From the sequence record DRR378314_168: 41,272 bases of DNA; one strand, 5' to 3'. Under the pieces are notes generated by a model. That model searched no databases. It saw only the letters and a list, made by a program, of their open reading frames with translations, and was not told the DNA's origin. Both the position numbers and the translations under genes were made by a program. Each line of letters begins with the position of its first letter. Position 1 is the stretch's first letter. Of the stretch, positions 1 through 7,993 are shown one piece after another.

Positions 1-1
1 G

Positions 2-496
2 CTGTTGATCGATGAGATCGACAAGGCGGATCAGGAATTCGAAGCCTTTCTGCTCGAGCTGCTGTCCGATTTCCAGATTTCGATCCCGGAGATGGGCACC
101 GTGAAGGCCCGGCATCAGCCGCTGGTGTTCCTCACCAGTAACGACCAGCGGGAGCTCTCCGACGCGCTCAAGCGGCGCTGTCTGCATCTCTATATTCCCT
201 ATCCCGACGCCGCCCTGGAGCGCCGCATTCTGGCCGAGCGCGTGCCGGAGCTGGGCGAGCAGCTGCGCGATCAGCTGGTGGCGTTTATCCAGCACCTGCG
301 CGAGCAGGACATGAAGAAGCTGCCGGCGATCTCGGAAACCCTGGACTGGGCGCGCGCCCTGGTGCTGCTGCACGCGGACACCCTTGAGCCGGAGCTGGTG
401 GAGCAGACCCTGGCGCTGGTGCTCAAGAACGAGCAGGACGTGGCGCTGGCCCGCGACCTGCTGCCGCACTGGTTCCGTAAACCCCGTTCCGCCTGA
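2..496 (+). CDS. MoxR/CoxD-family AAA+ ATPase, C-terminal part (5' end outside window)
   Basis: Frame open from the window edge. Walker B LLIDEIDKAD, then sensor/arginine-finger region LTSNDQRELSDALKRRC. Directly upstream of a vWA gene, as is typical for MoxR systems. Confidence 0.9.
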   Translation: MLIDEIDKADQEFEAFLLELLSDFQISIPEMGTVKARHQPLVFLTSNDQRELSDALKRRCLHLYIPYPDAALERRILAERVPELGEQLRDQLVAFIQHLREQDMKKLPAISETLDWARALVLLHADTLEPELVEQTLALVLKNEQDVALARDLLPHWFRKPRSA

Positions 497-505
497 GGCG
501 CCACC

Positions 506-1846
506 ATGGCCGACCGCCGTTTGCATGAGTTCGTCCGCGCCCTGCGCGGCGCGGGCGTGCGCGTTTCGCCCACGGAGGCGGAAGAAGCGTTCCGCGCCGC
601 CGCCCTGATCGGCTACCACCCCCGCGACCAGTTCCGCGAGACCCTGGCGCTCACCCTGGTGAAAAGCCAGCAGGAGCGCCCGGACTTCGACGCCTGTTTC
701 GAGGCGTTTTTCCAGTTTGAATCCGCCGAGGACGAGGACGCCGGCGATCACGACGAGGCCGGCGAACCGCTCTCGCCCCAGGAAGGGCAGGGCCTGTCCG
801 AGCAGGCCGCGGAGCTGGTGGCGCAGGACGCGGGCCAACTGGAGCAAACCCTGGCACGCAACGCCGGCGAGATGGACTTCACCGATATGCAGGTGATCAC
901 CCAGCAGGGTCTGTATGCCCGCCGGTTGTTGATGAACATGGGCATGGGCGCGGTGGACGATGAGATCCTGCGGCTGGACGCTTCACCGCGCGGTGCCGAC
1001 CAGCGCCGTGCCGGCGAGCTGCGTGAGTGGCGCCAGCAGGTTCGCGAGCTGGCGGTGCGCCATGTGCGGCGGCAGTTCAATTTGCACGGGCGCGCCCATG
1101 GACGCGCCCTGCGCGAACACACCATGCGCGCGGCCCCGTTCCGCGATCTGCGTGAGTTCAAACAGGTGCAGACCCTGGTGCGGCGCATGGCGCGCCGGCT
1201 CGCCAGCCTCCATCAGCGGCGCCAGAAAAAAGCCAAGCGCGGCACCCTGGATGCGCGCCGCACCCTGGCGTCCAGCCTGCGCTATAACGCCGTGCCGGTG
1301 CAGCTGCACTGGCGCCAGAAGCGCCGGCTCAAATCCAAGGTGCTGGTGATCTGCGATGTCTCCAGCTCGGTGCGGGACGCCGCCCGGTTTCTGTTGCAGT
1401 TCCTCTACGCGATGACCGATGTGCTGCCGCGGGTGCGCAGCTTTGCGTTCGCCGCCCGCTTCGACGAGGTCACCGATGATTTCGACCGCTATCCGCCGGA
1501 CGTGGCGGTGGGCCGGATTCTCGACCGGGTGTCCGGCAGCGGCACCGACTACGGCACCATGTTCGAGGAATTCGTGGCGCTGTGCGGGTCCGAGATCGAC
1601 CGCCACACCACCGTGATCATTCTGGGCGATGCGCGTAACAACGATCTCCCCGCCGGTGAGCAACATCTGGCTGAGGTGTCGCGCCGTGCCAAACAGGTGT
1701 TCTGGCTGAATCCGGAGCCGCCTTCGCGCTGGAACAGCGGCGATGCCATCATGGCCCGCTACCAACCCTATTGCCGCGCCGCGCGGCGCTGCGCCTCGCT
1801 CAATGACCTGAGCCGCTTCACCGACTATCTGCTGAAAAGCGTCTAG
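506..1846 (+). CDS. CoxE-type vWA domain protein (446 aa)
   Basis: N-terminal FVRALRGAGVRVS, MIDAS-like ICDVSSSV, GTDYG, IILGDARNN and FWLNPEP motifs typical of VWA_CoxE. Starts 9 nt after the AAA+ gene. Confidence 0.88.
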   Translation: MADRRLHEFVRALRGAGVRVSPTEAEEAFRAAALIGYHPRDQFRETLALTLVKSQQERPDFDACFEAFFQFESAEDEDAGDHDEAGEPLSPQEGQGLSEQAAELVAQDAGQLEQTLARNAGEMDFTDMQVITQQGLYARRLLMNMGMGAVDDEILRLDASPRGADQRRAGELREWRQQVRELAVRHVRRQFNLHGRAHGRALREHTMRAAPFRDLREFKQVQTLVRRMARRLASLHQRRQKKAKRGTLDARRTLASSLRYNAVPVQLHWRQKRRLKSKVLVICDVSSSVRDAARFLLQFLYAMTDVLPRVRSFAFAARFDEVTDDFDRYPPDVAVGRILDRVSGSGTDYGTMFEEFVALCGSEIDRHTTVIILGDARNNDLPAGEQHLAEVSRRAKQVFWLNPEPPSRWNSGDAIMARYQPYCRAARRCASLNDLSRFTDYLLKSV

Positions 1847-4233
1847 CGGCTGTTCGCCATGCCCCTCAATGCACCGCTGAGGGCCTCGTCCAGGCGGCGC
1901 AGGTTCACCGGCTTGGCGATATGCCCGATCATGCCGGCGTCGTGGCAGGCGGCGATCTTGTCCGGCACCGCGTGGGCGGTCAGGGCGATCACCGGGATCA
2001 CCGGCAGACGGCCCTGACGCTGCAGGCCCTGAATCGCGCGGGTGGTTTCGAAGCCGTCCATGTCCGGCATCTCGCAATCCATCAGAATAAGATCGAACTG
2101 CGCCGGCCGCGACAGTAATACCGCCAGCGCCTCGGCGCCGCTTTCCGCGGTTTCGCACTGGTGGCCGAGCTTGCGGCACAGCCCTTCGGCCACCAGCAGG
2201 TTGATGTGGTTGTCGTCGACAATCAGCAGCCGGGCACCGACCACGCTGGCGGGGCGTTCCTGCTCCGGCACCGCGGCCTCCGCCTGGGCCTTGCCGGCGG
2301 GAAGCGGTAGCCGCACCCAGAAACAAGAGCCGCCCGCCTCGCTGCTCTGGAAGCCGATCTCACCGCCCATGATTTCCGCCAGCTGCCGGCAGATCGCCAG
2401 CCCCAGGCCGGTGCCGCCGTAGCGGCGCCGGCTGGTCTGATCGCCCTGGTGGAAATAGTCGAACAACCGCGACTGCTGGTCGGCGGGAATGCCGATGCCG
2501 GTGTCGGTGATTTCGAACAGGACATAGTCCCGGTTGGCCTCGTCCCGCCGCGCGGAGACCTGGATGCGGCCGTTCTCGGTGAATTTGACCGCGTTGCTGA
2601 TCAGGTTGACCAGGATCTGGCGCAGCCGCACCGGATCGCCGACGCAATACTCACCGAGATCCGGGTCCAGGTTCTCGCTCAGGGCGTTGGCGTTGAGGCG
2701 GGCGCGGTGCTCGAACAGCGCCACGCATTCGCCGATCAGCGCCGGCAGATCCAGCCCGGTCTGCTCGATGGGCATCTTGCCTGCGTCCAGCCGGGAGTAG
2801 TCCAGCACGTCATTGATCAAATCCAGCAAGGTGTTGCCGGACTGCTCAATCACATGCAGCTGGCGCCGCTGCGCCTCGTCCAGATCTGAATCCCGCAACA
2901 TATCCACGGTGCCGATAATGCCGTTGAGCGGCGTGCGGATTTCATGGCTCATAACCGCGAGGAACTCGCTGCGGGCGCTGAGGGCCGTGTTCAGTTCATG
3001 GGTGCGTTCCTCGACGCGGCGTTCCAGCGCTTCCTGGGCCTCCTTGTGGATGCGCTCGTTCTCCGACTTCAGGGTGGTCATGCGGTGGGCCAGCGCGAAG
3101 GAGAGTAACAGCGCCTCGGTCACGGTGCCCAGCTGCAGCGCGTTTTCGATCAACCAGCTGCCGCCGATCAGGTTGAAGGTTTTTAGAATATAGATCACCG
3201 AGGCCAGGCCCACGGCGGTGAACGCCAGCAAGAAGAAGCGCGCCGGCTGGTAACCCTGGCGGATCGACCAGATCGCCAGGGCGATGGCGATGAACGGCCA
3301 GGGGAAAATAATCGCCGAAGAAAACTGAATAAAAAACGTGAAGTTGAGCAGGGTGAAAGGGGCCAGCGCGATCAGTGCCAGGCCCACCAGCATGAGAACG
3401 CGGTTCAGCCCCGGGGCCGCTTTTTTGAGCTCCAGGAACGAGCAGGAAAAAAACATCGAAAAGGCCAGCGTCAGTAAATTCAGTACCGGCAAACTGCGAT
3501 GGTTCCATTCGCTGGCGCCGGGCCAGAGCCACTGATAGGCGAGCCCCTCGCGGGCGAAAAGGTTCAAACCGAAAAAGCCCAAATAGAGGACGTAAAGCAG
3601 ATAACTGGGCTCGCGGATGGAGAAAAAAATCAGCAAATTGAACAGGCACATGATCAGTACCGAGCCGAAATAAAAGCCGTAGCTGAGCTTCAGGTAGCCG
3701 TCATGCTGGTTGAATTCGTCCGGGGCGCGAATCGACAAGGGAAAGTCGATCACGTTGTCGCCACGGGCCCGGAACAGAACCGACCATTGCGCCTGCTGGG
3801 GAATGGCGAGCGGAAAAACCAGTTGGTGATGAGGGAAGGGGCGTTCCGCGAAGGGCACCCGGTCGCCGCTGCGTTGGTGGCGCAGCAGGGTGCCCGCGGT
3901 GTCATAGATATACAGGTCCAGATAATCCAGATGCGGCCGCCCGGCGCGCAGGTACCAGAGCCCGGTGTCGGACTGGTTGTCCAGGCTTAGCAGGAACCAC
4001 TGGTCCTGTTCCCGAAACCCCATCGCCGGATAACGGCTGCCCAGCCGCTGGCCCTTGCCGCTGCGCAATGCTTCCAGGGCCTGCTCGGGCGACAGTTCAC
4101 CGGGCGCCGCTTCCAGCCAGCGCAGGTCCGGTGACGCCTGATAATCAGAGCGCTGCTTCCCCAATTCCAGAGCCTGCACCGTGCCCGCGAAAAGAAGAAA
4201 GCAGAGCCCCGCCAACCATGAAACTCCCTGCAT
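1843..4233 (-). CDS. Hybrid sensor histidine kinase/response regulator with 7TMR-DISM periplasmic and 7TM domains (LadS-like, 796 aa)
   Basis: Signal-like N-terminus, periplasmic DISMED2-like region (HLDYLDLY...SGDRVPFAERP) and 7 hydrophobic segments. H-box MSHEIRTPLNG, N-box NLISNAVKFT, G-boxes DTGIGI and GGTGLGL, receiver LILMDCEMP. ATG at 4233 preceded by GAGGGGG. Confidence 0.9.
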   Translation of the reverse strand: MQGVSWLAGLCFLLFAGTVQALELGKQRSDYQASPDLRWLEAAPGELSPEQALEALRSGKGQRLGSRYPAMGFREQDQWFLLSLDNQSDTGLWYLRAGRPHLDYLDLYIYDTAGTLLRHQRSGDRVPFAERPFPHHQLVFPLAIPQQAQWSVLFRARGDNVIDFPLSIRAPDEFNQHDGYLKLSYGFYFGSVLIMCLFNLLIFFSIREPSYLLYVLYLGFFGLNLFAREGLAYQWLWPGASEWNHRSLPVLNLLTLAFSMFFSCSFLELKKAAPGLNRVLMLVGLALIALAPFTLLNFTFFIQFSSAIIFPWPFIAIALAIWSIRQGYQPARFFLLAFTAVGLASVIYILKTFNLIGGSWLIENALQLGTVTEALLLSFALAHRMTTLKSENERIHKEAQEALERRVEERTHELNTALSARSEFLAVMSHEIRTPLNGIIGTVDMLRDSDLDEAQRRQLHVIEQSGNTLLDLINDVLDYSRLDAGKMPIEQTGLDLPALIGECVALFEHRARLNANALSENLDPDLGEYCVGDPVRLRQILVNLISNAVKFTENGRIQVSARRDEANRDYVLFEITDTGIGIPADQQSRLFDYFHQGDQTSRRRYGGTGLGLAICRQLAEIMGGEIGFQSSEAGGSCFWVRLPLPAGKAQAEAAVPEQERPASVVGARLLIVDDNHINLLVAEGLCRKLGHQCETAESGAEALAVLLSRPAQFDLILMDCEMPDMDGFETTRAIQGLQRQGRLPVIPVIALTAHAVPDKIAACHDAGMIGHIAKPVNLRRLDEALSGALRGMANSR

Positions 4234-4253
4234 TAGTGTTCCCCCTCGCAAAG

Positions 4254-4269
4254 CGTGAACTCCGTCACT
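4254..4269. promoter_or_regulatory. CRP/Vfr-like box in the divergent kinase/OMP intergenic region
   Basis: CGTGA-ACTCCG-TCACT matches the GTGA-N6-TCAC core. Confidence 0.4.
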
Positions 4270-4356
4270 GCCCTTTTACCGTATTTAACCGGGCCGGAGG
4301 AACGGCTCCAAGCGCCAATGTTCAAATTACTGACTTCTAACGCAAAGGAGAGGCAC

Positions 4357-4908
4357 ATGAAGATCCGAATCCTGAGTAGTGCAATGGTGTTGTCCTGTTC
4401 GGTGATGGCCGGCGGCGCTTTCGCGGCCGGGCCCTACATCGGCGCCAACTACAATCAGATTCAGTACGACAACGACGACGTCGATGAGGACACCCTGAAG
4501 GTGGACGGCGTCACGTTGCGGGCCGGCTTTGAGTTCAATGATTTTATCGCGTTGGAAGCGCGCGGCGGCACCGGTATTGACGGTGATTCCAAGAACGCGC
4601 CCCTGGGTACCTTCGAGTACGACATGGACCACATGTACGGCGGCTACCTGAAACTCTCCGCGCCGCTGTCCGATTCCATCCACCCCTATGTGATCGGCGG
4701 CTACAGCAAAATGAAAGCGGACGTCAAGTACACCGTGGCCGGTGTCAGCACGGACGAAAGCGAGCGGTTCGAGGACGAATCCTATGGCGCCGGCCTGGAT
4801 TTCAACATCACCGACACCCTGGGCGCCAACCTGGAATACATGCGCTATTACGATCAGGACGAGGAGGAAATCTCCGGGGTCAGCGTGGGCCTGCGCTCCG
4901 CTTTCTGA
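4357..4908 (+). CDS. Small outer-membrane beta-barrel protein (OmpA-transmembrane/porin family, 183 aa)
   Basis: AAGGAG SD, signal peptide ending AFA-AG, alternating aromatic/Gly beta-strands (PYIGANY, FIALEARGG, YGAGLDF, ANLEYMRYY) and a C-terminal Phe beta-signal (GLRSAF). Confidence 0.85.
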   Translation: MKIRILSSAMVLSCSVMAGGAFAAGPYIGANYNQIQYDNDDVDEDTLKVDGVTLRAGFEFNDFIALEARGGTGIDGDSKNAPLGTFEYDMDHMYGGYLKLSAPLSDSIHPYVIGGYSKMKADVKYTVAGVSTDESERFEDESYGAGLDFNITDTLGANLEYMRYYDQDEEEISGVSVGLRSAF

Positions 4909-4933
4909 TCCTCTCTTACTCCGCCCCCGACAG

Positions 4934-4955
4934 CGCCGGCGCAAGCCGGCGTTTT
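4934..4955 (+). terminator. Intrinsic terminator after the OMP gene
   Basis: CGCCGGC-GCAA-GCCGGCG followed by TTTT. Confidence 0.7.
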
Positions 4956-4972
4956 GCTGTCCGCGATAACGG

Positions 4973-6298
4973 TCAGCCCGCGCGGGTCAGCAGCTTCTCC
5001 AGTCTTGGCCGGAAAGCGGTCGCCACGCCCAGGTTTTTCATGGTCCAGTAGTGGCCGCCCACCACCCGCTGTACCAGCAAGGTGCGTGAACTGGGCTGGA
5101 ACTTGAGCATCTCTTCCAGCGGCGTGCGGCGAGCCTGCTGCACCACGTCCTGATGCAGGCTGGCCTGGGCGAAGTCGAAGGGGGTTTCGGCGAACGCCTT
5201 GAGCAGCAGTGGCACCCAGGCCTGGTAGAGACGGTCGGACACCTCGCTGTCGCTGCGCCGCGCGCCGATCGCCAGCAAGGCCCGGTCCAGGGCCCGCCAG
5301 TCCCCATCCAGTGAGGCGCGCACCAGGGTGGCCATCAGGCGCACGTCTTCTTCCGGCAGCCGTTTCACCGCGCCGAAGTCGTACAGCACGATGCTGCCGT
5401 CGGTGCGGAACGCGAAATTGCCCGGGTGGGGGTCGCAGTGCACGGTGCGCAGTTCGAAAATCTGCCGCCCGATAATATCGAACAGCCGCTCGCCCAGCCG
5501 GTTACGCAACGCCTGATCAAAGCCGTTGGCGTCGCTGACGTTCTCCAGGGGCACGCCGTCCTCGAAGCTCAACGTCAGTACCGTGGCGCCGGACAGGTCG
5601 GCGAACACGGTGGGGATCACCACATCGTCGTCCTCCGCATGGAACGCCTGGAACAGGCGCACGTTGTCCGCTTCGCGCAGGTAATCGAGTTCCTCTTCCA
5701 GCTGCGCGCGGATCTCCTTGAACACCGCGTCCAGCGCGCGCTCGTCGACGCGCAGCAAGCTGCCCAGTTTGAGGATGCGCTTGAGGTGCTTCATGTCCGA
5801 GTCGATCGAGGCCTTGACCGCCGGGTACTGAATTTTCACCACCACGTCGTCGCCGGCCAGCGTGGTGGCCCGGTGCACCTGGCCGATGGAGGCGGCCGCG
5901 AACGGCGCCTCGTCGAACACCTGGAAGTAGTCGCCCACCGGGCCGCCCAGCTCCTTCTCCAGTTGCCGGCGGATCACGTGGAAGGGCATCGGCGCCGAGG
6001 CGTTCTGCAGCACCGCCAGCTGCTCGCTGATTTCGCGGGGCAGCACGTCCTGCATCTGCGAGGCGATCTGCCCGACCTTCATCACCGCGCCTTTCATCTG
6101 CCCGAGCGTGGCGGCCACCTCCTGGCCGATATGGCGCATCAGCGCTTCGCGGCTGGTGGCGCGGTCCTGTTCCGACTGAAACAGCCCTTTCACCTGATGC
6201 GAGGCGACACGGGTGGCGATGGACGTCGTCATGCCGGTCAGTTTCCAGAGGCGCCCGGTGGTGGAAGCGGGGCGCCGTTCCCGTCCGCGTTTTGCCAT
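4973..6298 (-). CDS. ABC1/AarF/UbiB-family atypical protein kinase (441 aa)
   Basis: KxGQ motif (MKVGQ), AAASIGQVHRA, VVVKIQYP, EELDY, HCDPHPGN and YDFG. Likely start MAKRGRE at 6298. Confidence 0.92.
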   Translation of the reverse strand: MAKRGRERRPASTTGRLWKLTGMTTSIATRVASHQVKGLFQSEQDRATSREALMRHIGQEVAATLGQMKGAVMKVGQIASQMQDVLPREISEQLAVLQNASAPMPFHVIRRQLEKELGGPVGDYFQVFDEAPFAAASIGQVHRATTLAGDDVVVKIQYPAVKASIDSDMKHLKRILKLGSLLRVDERALDAVFKEIRAQLEEELDYLREADNVRLFQAFHAEDDDVVIPTVFADLSGATVLTLSFEDGVPLENVSDANGFDQALRNRLGERLFDIIGRQIFELRTVHCDPHPGNFAFRTDGSIVLYDFGAVKRLPEEDVRLMATLVRASLDGDWRALDRALLAIGARRSDSEVSDRLYQAWVPLLLKAFAETPFDFAQASLHQDVVQQARRTPLEEMLKFQPSSRTLLVQRVVGGHYWTMKNLGVATAFRPRLEKLLTRAG

Positions 6299-6411
6299 GC
6301 TGCGTGGTCCCGTGGTCGAAAAAGCGGTGGCGGAATCGCACACCGTGCTGAAATGCAGAGACTAGTCCGCTGTCCGGCCCCTGTCATGGGGTATTCGGGC
6401 CAAAGCCGGGC

Positions 6412-6437
6412 AAAAAAAAGGGGCCCGGGAGGGCCCC
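6412..6437 (-). terminator. Intrinsic terminator after the phasin-like gene
   Basis: Minus strand GGGGCCC-TCCC-GGGCCCC followed by T8. Confidence 0.85.
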
Positions 6438-6467
6438 ATTAAAGGAGAGTAGGCAGAATTTCAGAAA

Positions 6468-6899
6468 TCAGGCGCGCTCTTTCTCGCCGGTGCTGACCAG
6501 ATCGTCGAACAGTTTCTGGCTCTGTTCGCGCAGGGTGCTCACGGCGCCCAGGCCGGCGAGCACGAATTCGTTGGTTTCCTCGGCTTTCTCGCCGCGCTCC
6601 TGCTTGCCGCTGGCGACGAACTGCTCGTACAGCTCATGGCGCTTCCGGGGCGCTTCGTCGATCAGTTTGCGAGTGCTTACTACCAGGCCGCGGCTTGCCA
6701 GCAGGGCCTTGGATTTGCCTTCGACGTCGTCGCCATAGGCTTCCTGGCCGGCTTGTACGTACTTGTCGTACAGCTCTTCGGAGCTGTCACCGGCTTTGCT
6801 GTAGGCACCCAGACCGGCCAGGTACAGTTTGTTGCCCAGGGCCTTGGCACGCTGAATCAGTTTGTCTTGCTGGTCGCGAATCTCTTTCAGTTCACCCAT
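6468..6899 (-). CDS. PhaI/PhaF-like phasin (granule-associated) protein, 143 aa, internally repeated
   Basis: AGAGGA SD before ATG at 6899. Two LAGLGA motifs, each followed by an L[YF]DxxVxxGE/Q segment, the signature of Pseudomonas PhaI/PhaF N-terminal domains. Confidence 0.7.
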   Translation of the reverse strand: MGELKEIRDQQDKLIQRAKALGNKLYLAGLGAYSKAGDSSEELYDKYVQAGQEAYGDDVEGKSKALLASRGLVVSTRKLIDEAPRKRHELYEQFVASGKQERGEKAEETNEFVLAGLGAVSTLREQSQKLFDDLVSTGEKERA

Positions 6900-7145
6900 G
6901 ATCGTTCCTCTCTCTTGCTGAGAATGTCGGCGACCCGGGAGGTCGCGCCTCGATGGAGGGTATAGTAGGGCGCCGGGCCGGCGGCGGGCGGCACTACTGT
7001 CTGACAATAGGACAATCAGTGAGGGTGATGGATGTGGCGTGCTGTGACGGAATTCCCAGCCGGGCCGCCAAGTCAAACGTGGCGGGAACCCATACCGAGC
7101 GCTTACACTCCATAGGAAAGTATTAATCGGCAGAGATACGAATTC

Positions 7146-7526
7146 ATGATTGAGAAATTCATTGCCAAGGTGCCCAGCCGGATTTGGGCGGACGGGCGTC
7201 CGGCCAAAGCGCGGCAATGGGATGCCGAGTTCAATGTGGCGGCCTGGGCGCGAATCTCCGGGAAGCCGGGCACGGTCCAGTTGTTGGTGCGTTACCTGGA
7301 CACCAACAACGACCAGGCCATTCTGGTCGATGCCGCCGAAGTGAACGGTGACGGCAGCGCCTTGCTGTCCGGGCTGGTTCGGCTGCGGTTCAATGACAGC
7401 GTCGAGCAGGTTCAGGTGTCCCTGCGGCTGTCGGATCCGGGCATGCGCTATGTGGTGGAAGAGCTGTACATGCAGCGGCGCGGCACGGCGCTGCGCCCCC
7501 AGGACAAGCTGATCTCCAACTACTGA
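7146..7526 (+). CDS. Hypothetical protein (126 aa, beta-rich)
   Basis: ATG ORF with host-like codon usage, fills the intergenic space and has a globular composition. No family recognised. Confidence 0.75.
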   Translation: MIEKFIAKVPSRIWADGRPAKARQWDAEFNVAAWARISGKPGTVQLLVRYLDTNNDQAILVDAAEVNGDGSALLSGLVRLRFNDSVEQVQVSLRLSDPGMRYVVEELYMQRRGTALRPQDKLISNY

Positions 7527-7548
7527 GCCGGCCAGGCATGGCTTGCTG

Positions 7549-7589
7549 AAAAAAGGTCGCCGGGCCCGCTCCCCTTTCGCGGGCCCGGC
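7549..7589 (-). terminator. Hairpin terminator between the convergent hypothetical genes
   Basis: Minus strand GCCGGGCCCGC...GCGGGCCCGGC stem followed by GACC-TTTTTT. Confidence 0.6.
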
Positions 7590-7592
7590 TCC

Positions 7593-7802
7593 TTACCCCC
7601 CTTGATGGGCCCGCCGCCGTGGCGGCAAGGCCCGCTCCCCCCGACGCTTCGGGTTTTCGGTGCGGTCGTTTCCGGCGGTGACATCGTCGCCACACTCCAG
7701 CAGGGACTCCGGCCAGTCCTGAAAATCCAGGCCGGTGAGCCGGTTCAGGTTCTCCAGAGCGGTTTCCGGATGCCGCTTTTCAATTCTTATCACCTTGCTC
7801 AT
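7593..7802 (-). CDS. Small hypothetical protein (69 aa)
   Basis: Protein-like N-terminus (ETALENLNRLTGLDFQDWPESLL). Own sigma54-type promoter upstream and a terminator downstream. Confidence 0.6.
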   Translation of the reverse strand: MSKVIRIEKRHPETALENLNRLTGLDFQDWPESLLECGDDVTAGNDRTENPKRRGERALPPRRRAHQGG

Positions 7803-7832
7803 GACGCTTCACTCGTTGCCTGACTCAGAGGA

Positions 7833-7848
7833 AGCGAGAACCATGCCA
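7833..7848 (-). promoter_or_regulatory. Sigma54 (-24/-12) promoter
   Basis: Minus strand TGGCATGGTTCTCGCT has GG-N10-GC spacing and one mismatch to TGGCAY-N5-TTGCW. About 30 nt upstream of the ATG at 7802. Confidence 0.65.
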
Positions 7849-7854
7849 AGGCAT

Positions 7855-7888
7855 ATAAAAATTTTTTTGCTGGAAAATCAGTCGGTTG
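7855..7888. promoter_or_regulatory. IHF binding site
   Basis: AATCAG-TCGG-TTG (7876-7888) matches WATCAR-N4-TTR and is preceded by an A/T tract (ATAAAAATTTTTTT). Immediately upstream of the sigma54 promoter. Confidence 0.6.
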
Positions 7889-7993
7889 GCGCAGCGGGGG
7901 TGGGGCGGCGGCACGACCACCGGCGCGCGCCGGCAAGATGTGACAATCTTTGCCAGTGGCGCCGGCGGCCCGGACAGGGCGGTGGCGGCGGGA

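Noticed and set aside
6900..7217. 106-aa N-terminal extension of the phasin ORF, and similar extensions on nadE, rluD, pilS, ribF and rpsT in the ORF track
   Set aside because: They overlap neighbouring genes or promoters. Downstream starts have better SD context and match the expected family N-termini.
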